Below are positions 1 through 5,587 of a DNA stretch of 32,000 bases, in pieces. The stretch lies in contig JBEKXS010000001.1 in NCBI GenBank assembly GCA_049511795.1, positions 240,001 through 272,000 on the forward strand, in the 5' to 3' direction. The translations under genes and the position numbers were made by a program. This DNA comes from Candidatus Saccharimonadota bacterium. Its GTDB lineage: Archaea > Nanobdellota > Nanobdellia > Pacearchaeales > GW2011-AR1. The notes beneath the pieces were generated by a model. That model worked only from the letters and a program-made list of their open reading frames with translations, did not search any database and was not told where the DNA came from. The first letter of the stretch is position 1, and every line of letters starts with the position of its first letter.

Positions 1-30
1 GTAATTATTTTGCATACATTTTTATCGTCG

Positions 31-348
31 TCACTTTGTAATCTGCCGTTGGAGTTCGTTGATTTTCTCGGAAAAAGCTGCTTCCTGGCGCTCAAAACTC
101 TTGATTTTGATATCAATTATCTTCTCTTTTCTTGAAAGTTCTTCTTTCATCTCTTTTTTATCTGTCTTTATCATCATCTGGCCGATTATTTTATAGACTT
201 CATCGCCTGATTTTTCAAGTTCTTTCAGTGCAGCCTGTGTTTCCCTGAGCTCTATCTGAAAAGCCTGCTTCTGAAGAAAGAGATTTTGCATGTTTTGCTC
301 TGCAATCTGGAGCTCTTCAATATTTCTTTCCCTGTCCTTGTCAGTCAT
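31..348 (-). CDS. pfdB: Prefoldin beta subunit
   Basis: 105-aa all-coiled-coil protein with a central beta-hairpin region (DEVYKIIGQMMIK). Size and pattern are typical of archaeal prefoldin beta. It lies next to rpoP and rpl37ae, as in many archaea. Confidence 0.75.
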   Translation of the reverse strand: MTDKDRERNIEELQIAEQNMQNLFLQKQAFQIELRETQAALKELEKSGDEVYKIIGQMMIKTDKKEMKEELSRKEKIIDIKIKSFERQEAAFSEKINELQRQITK

Positions 349-349
349 T

Positions 350-487
350 TTAAACAGCCTTCACTCTTTTAACTCGAGTTCTTGGCTTGTAAAAAATCTT
401 GCTTCCGCAATTAGGGCAAACAAACCTTTTTTCAAGATTTGTGTTCTGAATTTTTTTCCCGCACTTGAAACACTTGTAGATTGGCAT
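350..487 (-). CDS. rpoP: DNA-directed RNA polymerase subunit P (Rpo12)
   Basis: Not in the ORF track. Hand translation gives 45 aa: MPIYKCFKCGKKIQNTNLEKRFVCPNCGSKIFYKPRTRVKRVKAV. It has a CxxC...CxxC zinc ribbon and a basic tail typical of RpoP, and sits between eL43 and prefoldin beta. Confidence 0.8.
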   Translation of the reverse strand: MPIYKCFKCGKKIQNTNLEKRFVCPNCGSKIFYKPRTRVKRVKAV

Positions 488-499
488 TTTATTTTTTAT

Positions 500-718
500 T
501 TATTCAAGATAGTAAGTATCTGATGCAAATTTTTTTCCGCATTTCTTGCATTTCCAAATTCCTTTTGAAAGCCTTTTGACACCCGGCTTTCCGCAATATG
601 GGCATTTTTGCTTTTTTCTCTGTTTATTTTCTATCGCAACAGTTGAAGCTCTAACTCTTTTTCCATATTTTGCTCCGAATCTTCCTGCTGATCTAGTTTT
701 TTTTAATTTTGATGGCAT
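500..718 (-). CDS. rpl37ae: Ribosomal protein eL43 (L37Ae)
   Basis: MPSKLKKTRSAGRFGAKYGKRVR...CPYCGK...WKCKKCGKKFA zinc-ribbon signature. The start is set at the internal Met because the longer ORF (to 769) runs into the tRNA-Pro gene. Confidence 0.9.
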   Translation of the reverse strand: MPSKLKKTRSAGRFGAKYGKRVRASTVAIENKQRKKQKCPYCGKPGVKRLSKGIWKCKKCGKKFASDTYYLE

Positions 719-729
719 TTTTATTGAAA

Positions 730-802
730 TGGGGATGCCCGGATTTGAACCGGGGTCGCAAGGTCCCAAACCTTGAAGGCTACCAGGCTACCCCACATCC
801 CC
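730..802 (-). tRNA. tRNA-Pro (anticodon UGG)
   Basis: Hand-folded cloverleaf. The acceptor GGGGATG pairs with CATCCCC. The anticodon stem is CAAGG/CCTTG with loop TTTGGGA. The T arm is CCCGG-TTCAAAT-CCGGG. No CCA is encoded. Confidence 0.85.
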
Positions 803-822
803 TTGATAAAAAGGGTAGAGGG

Positions 823-834
823 ATATTTATAAAC
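823..834 (-). promoter_or_regulatory. Putative TATA box for tRNA-Pro
   Basis: The reverse strand reads GTTTATAAATAT about 25 nt upstream of the tRNA 5' end. Confidence 0.35.
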
Positions 835-841
835 TATTTCC

Positions 842-1585
842 TTACTTCTTTTTCTTTGCCTCTTCAGCCTTTTTTTCAGGTTTCTTTTCTTCCACCTTTG
901 CAGCTTCAGCTGGCTTTGCTTCTCCTTCTTTTCCTGGAGCGATGGCTGCAGCTGCACCTTCAGTAGTTGTTGTTCCTGCAGCAGCGGCTGCAGCTGCTTC
1001 TGCAGCAGCCTTAGCAGCTTCTTCCTGTAACCTAATCTTTTCTTGTTCTGCCTGAACTTTAGCGAAATATTCTTGAATATTTTTCTTTTTCTCTTCTGAC
1101 ATCTTTGTCCTTTCTTCTGAAATTTCCTTGTCATACTTTCCAGCTTCAATATCCCTTATTACTTCAACTGGATTCTTGTTTTCAACGAGAACTCCAAGAG
1201 TTATGCATGTTCCCAAAACACTTTTTATTGCGTTTTTTAAATTTCTGCTCAACATATTTGGCAGTTTTGTTTTTGAGACAGAGATTATCTGTTCTATAGA
1301 AGCATTTGCAACTTTTGTCTTTTTTTGTAAGCCAGAACCTTTCTCAATTCCAAGCTCTTTTTTTAGCAATTCTGAAACAGGTGGTGAAAAAACTTTTATT
1401 TCGATATTTTTCGTTGAAACATCAATTTCAATTTCAACAGGAACTTTCATTCCTTTGAAATTCTCTGTTGCCTGATTTACTTTCTGAATAACCTGTTGAA
1501 TATTTATTCCGGCTGGCCCAAGCTTCTGGCTAAGTGCAGGACCTGGTTGCATGCTTCCGCCATCGACCAACATTTTAACTTGCAT
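842..1585 (-). CDS. rpl11: Ribosomal protein uL11 with a long low-complexity C-terminal extension
   Basis: The N-terminal ~160 aa are a typical uL11 (VDGGSMQPGPALSQKLGPAGINIQ...). The last ~87 aa are Glu/Lys coiled-coil followed by an Ala/Thr/Gly/Lys-rich tail. Confidence 0.9.
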   Translation of the reverse strand: MQVKMLVDGGSMQPGPALSQKLGPAGINIQQVIQKVNQATENFKGMKVPVEIEIDVSTKNIEIKVFSPPVSELLKKELGIEKGSGLQKKTKVANASIEQIISVSKTKLPNMLSRNLKNAIKSVLGTCITLGVLVENKNPVEVIRDIEAGKYDKEISEERTKMSEEKKKNIQEYFAKVQAEQEKIRLQEEAAKAAAEAAAAAAAGTTTTEGAAAAIAPGKEGEAKPAEAAKVEEKKPEKKAEEAKKKK

Positions 1586-2042
1586 TTTCTTCTTCTCCTT
1601 CGATTTCTTCTCTTCTTACTACGCGAACATTATCAATTTTGATTGTTACAGGCAAAGGAACAACTGCTCCAAGTAAACTGACAACTACTTCTTCCTTCTG
1701 CTTGTCAATTCTTAAAACTTTTGCTTTTTCACCCTTAAGTGTTGAACCGATTATTTCAACAATGTCGCCTTCTTTTATATCTATGTTTTCAACAGAAGGC
1801 TCCACCATATTTTTTATTTCTTCATAGGTTATTGTTTTTCCTATGATTCCCTTTACATAAGGAAGATTAAATACAGCTTCTTCAGCGCTTTCCCTGTCTT
1901 CTGCTTCCAAAAGAACATAGCCACGAAGGCCATGAGGCCTTAGGACAGCATATGCATTAAGATTCTTTTTCTCAATTCTATCTGCTATCATGTCGACTGC
2001 TTTCTCTTCCTTGTTCGTCGTGACTTTTATGATGAAAATCAT
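1575..2042 (-). CDS. spt5: Transcription elongation factor Spt5 (NusG)
   Basis: 155 aa with an NGN domain followed by a KOW motif (KEGDIVEIIGSTLKGEKAKVLRID). It sits immediately upstream of rpl11, the conserved arrangement, with an 11-nt overlap. Confidence 0.9.
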   Translation of the reverse strand: MIFIIKVTTNKEEKAVDMIADRIEKKNLNAYAVLRPHGLRGYVLLEAEDRESAEEAVFNLPYVKGIIGKTITYEEIKNMVEPSVENIDIKEGDIVEIIGSTLKGEKAKVLRIDKQKEEVVVSLLGAVVPLPVTIKIDNVRVVRREEIEGEEENAS

Positions 2043-2065
2043 TTGTTTTAGCTCCGTCTATGTCC

Positions 2066-2078
2066 TAACTTTTTAAGA
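2066..2078 (-). promoter_or_regulatory. Putative TATA box for spt5-rpl11
   Basis: The reverse strand reads TTCTTAAAAAGTT about 30 nt upstream of the ATG. A second TATA-like TTTATAAA lies at 2107-2116. Confidence 0.3.
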
Positions 2079-2119
2079 AATAGACAATATTAATTAAAGA
2101 TTTGGGTTTATAAAAGTTT

Positions 2120-2128
2120 GGTTAACTG
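2120..2128. repeat. Left copy of 9-bp direct repeat GGTTAACTG (putative target-site duplication)
   Basis: An identical 9-mer occurs at 5351-5359. Each copy lies immediately outside a terminal inverted repeat. Confidence 0.7.
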
Positions 2129-2159
2129 TGTATTGTTAACTCTAAGGGACTTTTTGATT
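2129..2159. repeat. Left terminal inverted repeat (IRL)
   Basis: TGTATTGTTAACTCTAAGGGACTTTTTGATT compared with the reverse complement of 5319-5350, TGTATTGTTAATTCTTCGGGACTTATTTGATT. By hand alignment there are 28 matches, 3 mismatches and 1 indel. Confidence 0.7.
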
Positions 2160-2188
2160 TGAAGTCCTAAAACCGAATAAGTAGAAAA

Positions 2189-2201
2189 GCTTTTAAATAA
2201 G
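2189..2201 (+). promoter_or_regulatory. Putative TATA box for the AbrB-like gene
   Basis: GCTTTTAAATAAG lies about 30 nt upstream of the ATG at 2227. Confidence 0.3.
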
Positions 2202-2226
2202 TCCAACTTAATTAAATAAGCGAAAA

Positions 2227-2466
2227 ATGACTATTAAAGACGTTCCAATTGTAGAGAAGAGGAAGCTTGTTGCTTCTGGCTCATCCGTTATGTTAGTTGT
2301 GCCTAAGCAGTGGCTTGAAGAAAACGGATTAGACAAAGGGGACGAAGTTTTAATGGTAGCAAATGGAGATTTATCATTCAAGAAAATGACAAAAGAAAAT
2401 GTAGATAAGATTAGAAATCAATTAGCAAATCATACTCAAACGAGTTCCTTAGCAACGGAGCCGTAG
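2227..2466 (+). CDS. AbrB/SpoVT/MazE-type DNA-binding protein (antitoxin-like regulator)
   Basis: 79 aa. The N-terminus VASGSSVMLVVPKQWLEENGLDKGDEVLMV matches the swapped-hairpin SpoVT-AbrB pattern. Confidence 0.7.
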   Translation: MTIKDVPIVEKRKLVASGSSVMLVVPKQWLEENGLDKGDEVLMVANGDLSFKKMTKENVDKIRNQLANHTQTSSLATEP

Positions 2467-2655
2467 AAACCTGCAGGTTTTGAAGCACGTGGAAAATCGA
2501 TAAGACGTTATTGAAATGTTTGAATTTCCTTGGGAGGGGAGAGGAAAAACGCTTGTTTGAGTGGCTTTAAGAATTATTATAAAAATTTGGCACTCATAAA
2601 TTACTTAACATCATTAAGTATATATATTTTTGTTTTTTTGCCTTTTTAAACCCTT

Positions 2656-2814
2656 TTAATCACCCTTTTTCTTTTTAGGCTCTTTGTCCCAACGAGCACT
2701 TTTACATTTAGGGCAAGTTAGAGGGCGTTCATCTCCACGAGAAAACCAAACATGACTACATTTATTGCATCTATAGGCGGTCTTCCCAAACTCTTTAATT
2801 TTTATTTCAGCCAT
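2656..2814 (-). CDS. Small zinc-ribbon protein (hypothetical)
   Basis: 52 aa from the internal Met (MAEIKIKEFGKTAYRCNKCSHVWFSRGDERPLTCPKCKSARWDKEPKKKKGD), with two CxxC pairs. A TATA-like box about 25 nt upstream of this Met supports the short form. Confidence 0.6.
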   Translation of the reverse strand: MAEIKIKEFGKTAYRCNKCSHVWFSRGDERPLTCPKCKSARWDKEPKKKKGD

Positions 2815-2834
2815 ATATTCTGTAGGTAATAATA

Positions 2835-2845
2835 CTTTATAAATC
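2835..2845 (-). promoter_or_regulatory. Putative TATA box for the zinc-ribbon gene
   Basis: The reverse strand reads GATTTATAAAG about 25 nt upstream of the ATG at 2814. Confidence 0.3.
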
Positions 2846-2909
2846 TTCCTTAATAGAGAAAGGTTTATATAGTAAGGTATACTCAATAGAGTAAGGTTAA
2901 TTAAGTAAT

Positions 2910-3821
2910 ATGGAACAAAACAAAAACGATATAGAATATAAAAAAGTATTGAAGTGTGTTAATTGTAATTCTGAAAATATAATAAAGAGGGGGCAAAGGC
3001 AAACACAGAATAGAGGAATAATTCAAAGATATGGCTGTCAAGATTGTAATAAACGTTTTGTAATTGATGATGGTTTTTTCAAGATGAAAAATACACCACA
3101 GAAAGTTACCTTGTGCTTGGATTTGTTTTATAGAGGTATTTCTACAAGAAAAGTCCAAGAACATTTACAAGCTTTCTATCCTCACAATTCTTCTAATGTT
3201 TCTATCTATAAATGGATTGTAAAATATTCTAAAATGATTTCTAAATTTACAGATAATCTAAAATTGAAAGTTGGAAAGGAATTACAGGTTGATGAGGTTG
3301 AGTATAGAGTAAATAAGAAGAAAGCATTTTTTATTGATACTATAGATACAGAAACAAGATTTATGGTTGCTTCTGAATTTAGTAGAAGTAGAAGAACAAA
3401 AGAACTAAAATATGTAATCAAAAAAGCAAAAGACAAAACAGATAACCAAATTCAAATATGCACAACAGATGGATTTTACGCATATCATAAAGCCGTCAAA
3501 TCTGTTTTCGGTTACAACAACAAATTAGGAAAATATAATGTAACTCACAATATTGTTACTCAATTAAAAAACGAGGGCTTTAATCACAAAGTTGAAAGAA
3601 TGCACAGCAATATTAGGGCAAGAACAAAAACTTTCAGGGGCTTTGGTTCTATCAAAGGAGCAAATGCAGTTATGAAAGGGTATGAAACTTACTACAATTT
3701 CATAAGAAAACATCAGGCTATAAACTGCTGTCCTTATGAATTGGCTCTGCCTGAATTAAAACTCGGCTTGAATAAGTGGCACGACCTAATTAAACTTTCA
3801 AAGCAAACCCAAAGTATTTAA
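2910..3821 (+). CDS. DDE transposase with N-terminal zinc finger (IS6/IS240-like or IS1-like)
   Basis: 303 aa. It has an N-terminal CxxC...CxxC, then candidate catalytic residues LQVDEVEY, ICTTDGFYAY and NHKVERMHSNIRARTKTFRGFGS...YNFIRKHQAI. That C-terminal pattern resembles the IS6/IS240 DDE domain. Confidence 0.75.
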   Translation: MEQNKNDIEYKKVLKCVNCNSENIIKRGQRQTQNRGIIQRYGCQDCNKRFVIDDGFFKMKNTPQKVTLCLDLFYRGISTRKVQEHLQAFYPHNSSNVSIYKWIVKYSKMISKFTDNLKLKVGKELQVDEVEYRVNKKKAFFIDTIDTETRFMVASEFSRSRRTKELKYVIKKAKDKTDNQIQICTTDGFYAYHKAVKSVFGYNNKLGKYNVTHNIVTQLKNEGFNHKVERMHSNIRARTKTFRGFGSIKGANAVMKGYETYYNFIRKHQAINCCPYELALPELKLGLNKWHDLIKLSKQTQSI

Positions 3822-3823
3822 AA

Positions 3824-5311
3824 ATGAAAAGAACTAATAAGAAATTAATGGAAACAAATGTGATTTATTGTGGAGATAGTCTTGATATTATGAAAGATTC
3901 ACAAAGATTTCCTGATGAAAGTGTTGATTTAATCTATCTTGACCCTCCCTTTTTCTCACAAAAACATTATGAAGATTTTTGGATAAAAGACAAAACTTCT
4001 AAAGTTGGTTTTTCAGATAAAGATTGGGAAAAATTAAGACATTCAATTAATCCAACCACACTAAAAGAATATGAGGAAATAGAAAAAAGATGGAAAGGTG
4101 GGCATCACGGAATTTATGTTTATATTGCATATATGAGGGAAAGATTAGAACAATGTTGGAGAGTTCTTAAAAAAACAGGAAGTATTTATCTGCATTGTGA
4201 TTCACATGCTGGACATTATCTTAAAATGATGATGGATGAGGTTTTTGGTTATGATAATTTCAAAAATGATATAGTTTGGAAAAGAACACATGCACACAAT
4301 GACCCTCAAAGATTTGGAGCAAATTCGGATAGAATTTTATTTTATACCAAATCAAATGAGTATACATTTAACATACAATATTCTAAATATGATAAAGAGT
4401 ATATTGATAATTTTTTCAAAGGAAAAGATGAAAGAGGAGTTTATCAATTAGTTATTTTAACTGGACCGAATATAAATCCAAATGACCCTACTTGGAAAAA
4501 GTATAACCCTGCTCAATCTGGAAGAAGTTGGTCTGTTCCAAAAAGAATTGTCAATAAGTTAGTAGGAAAAGAAAAAGCTTCTAAAATGTCTATTAAGGAA
4601 AGATTAGATTTACTTTATGAAAATAATTATATTGAAATAAGTAAAAACGGAGTTCCTCGTTTTAAACAATATTTGGATGATATGGAGGGGGTTCCGCTTC
4701 AAGAAATATGGATAGATATTCCTCCAATAAGCTCTAACTCAAATGAAAGGTTAGGTTATCCAACACAAAAACCAGAAGCTCTAATGGAAAGGATAATTAA
4801 GTCAAGTTCTAATGAAAATGATATTATTTTAGACCCATTTTGTGGCTGTGGAACCACTCTTGCAGTTGCTAAAAAATTAAATAGAAAGTTTATTGGCGTT
4901 GATATTTCAAGAACTGCCTGTGATGTAATGCAGAAAAGGGTTGGTGGGAAAGTTATTGGTGGAGAAAGTGAAGAAGAACTAAGAAAAATGGAACCCAACG
5001 AATTTGCAAGATTATTAGTTGTTGAGAAATTAAAGGGAACAATAAACCCAAAAAAATCTGGAGATATGGGTATAGATGGTTGGATTGAATTTATGACTAT
5101 CCCTGTTCAAGTGAAAAGATGGGGGCATAAAGTAGGCAGACCCGAAATTGATAAATTCAAGACAGCGATTGAAAGAGAACATAAAAAGAAAGGGTTGATT
5201 CTTGCTTTTGATTTTAGCAAAGATTGTTATGAAGAAGTTGAAAGAATAAAACACGAAGATAAAATAGATATTCAATTAAAAAGTGTAAAAGAGATTTTTA
5301 ATCACGATTAA
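3824..5311 (+). CDS. DNA methyltransferase (N6-adenine/N4-cytosine, beta-class order) fused to a C-terminal Mrr-type restriction endonuclease domain
   Basis: Motif IV DPPF is at nt 3941-3952 and motif I DPFCGCGTT at nt 4832-4858, so IV precedes I. The C-terminal ~110 aa carry GDMGIDG...VQVKRW, a PD-(D/E)xK (D...QxK) Mrr_cat signature. The start codon lies 2 nt after the transposase stop. Confidence 0.8.
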   Translation: MKRTNKKLMETNVIYCGDSLDIMKDSQRFPDESVDLIYLDPPFFSQKHYEDFWIKDKTSKVGFSDKDWEKLRHSINPTTLKEYEEIEKRWKGGHHGIYVYIAYMRERLEQCWRVLKKTGSIYLHCDSHAGHYLKMMMDEVFGYDNFKNDIVWKRTHAHNDPQRFGANSDRILFYTKSNEYTFNIQYSKYDKEYIDNFFKGKDERGVYQLVILTGPNINPNDPTWKKYNPAQSGRSWSVPKRIVNKLVGKEKASKMSIKERLDLLYENNYIEISKNGVPRFKQYLDDMEGVPLQEIWIDIPPISSNSNERLGYPTQKPEALMERIIKSSSNENDIILDPFCGCGTTLAVAKKLNRKFIGVDISRTACDVMQKRVGGKVIGGESEEELRKMEPNEFARLLVVEKLKGTINPKKSGDMGIDGWIEFMTIPVQVKRWGHKVGRPEIDKFKTAIEREHKKKGLILAFDFSKDCYEEVERIKHEDKIDIQLKSVKEIFNHD

Positions 5312-5318
5312 TTTTTTT
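5312..5318 (+). terminator. Oligo-T tract after the methyltransferase gene
   Basis: A T7 run directly follows the stop codon. Archaeal terminators are oligo-T tracts. Confidence 0.3.
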
Positions 5319-5350
5319 AATCAAATAAGTCCCGAAGAATTAACAATACA
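5319..5350. repeat. Right terminal inverted repeat (IRR)
   Basis: It is the reverse-complement match to 2129-2159 (see IRL). Confidence 0.7.
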
Positions 5351-5359
5351 GGTTAACTG
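5351..5359. repeat. Right copy of 9-bp direct repeat GGTTAACTG (putative target-site duplication)
   Basis: Identical to 2120-2128. It abuts the secE stop codon (5360-5362 on the minus strand). Confidence 0.7.
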
Positions 5360-5542
5360 TTAACTGAAAAATAATAGTTTAATAATAACTGCTATGAGGA
5401 ATCCTATTGCTCCGAGAAGTAAAACACCTATTGCAGAAACCTTGGCAACCATTTCAAATTCTTTTTTTGAAGGCTTTTTCAGTACAAGCCAGACTCTCTT
5501 TGATTTCTCGTAAAATGCTTTAAGCCTTTCTGTTAATACCAT
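5360..5542 (-). CDS. secE: Protein translocase subunit SecE (Sec61 gamma)
   Basis: 60 aa with an amphipathic N-terminus and a single C-terminal TM helix (VSAIGVLLLGAIGFLIAVIIKLLFF). It holds the conserved position between ftsZ and nusG. Confidence 0.8.
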   Translation of the reverse strand: MVLTERLKAFYEKSKRVWLVLKKPSKKEFEMVAKVSAIGVLLLGAIGFLIAVIIKLLFFS

Positions 5543-5562
5543 ATCTTAAATAAAATCGCCTG

Positions 5563-5574
5563 GTTTTTAAAAGT
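5563..5574 (-). promoter_or_regulatory. Putative TATA box for secE
   Basis: The reverse strand reads CTTTTAAAAACC about 25 nt upstream of the ATG, which suggests a leaderless transcript. Confidence 0.3.
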
Positions 5575-5587
5575 TTAGAAAACAAAA

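Larger units (their letters stand above)
2129..5350 (+). mobile_element. Transposon-like element (~3.2 kb) carrying a DDE transposase and three passenger genes
   Basis: Bounded by imperfect inverted repeats (2129-2159 and 5319-5350) and flanked by a 9-bp direct repeat. It interrupts the conserved secE-nusG junction and encodes an intact-looking zinc-finger DDE transposase. Confidence 0.75.

Noticed and set aside
500-769. Longer 89-aa form of the eL43 ORF
   Set aside because: The first 17 codons (MGPCDPGSNPGIPISIK) are the translation of the tRNA-Pro gene. The canonical eL43 N-terminus starts at the internal Met (718).
880-1030. Cluster of CTGCAG/GCAGC repeats that looks like a tandem DNA repeat
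   Set aside because: It is explained by poly-Ala/Glu coding (GCT GCA GCA GCG...) in the uL11 tail. It is not an independent repeat element or a CRISPR-like array.
721-1149. 142-aa minus-strand ORF overlapping the uL11 3' region and tRNA-Pro
   Set aside because: It is an alternative frame of the low-complexity Ala/Lys/Glu-coding region. It gives Gln/Leu/Lys-rich nonsense and runs through a well-folded tRNA gene. The uL11 frame is the real one.
2656-2886. Longer 76-aa form of the zinc-ribbon ORF, and the 87-aa ORF at 2901-3164 (minus)
   Set aside because: The N-terminal extension is hydrophobic, AT-rich read-through of the promoter region, and a TATA-like box sits about 25 nt upstream of the internal Met. 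The 2901-3164 ORF is antisense to the transposase zinc-finger region and has Ile/Phe/Leu-rich junk composition.
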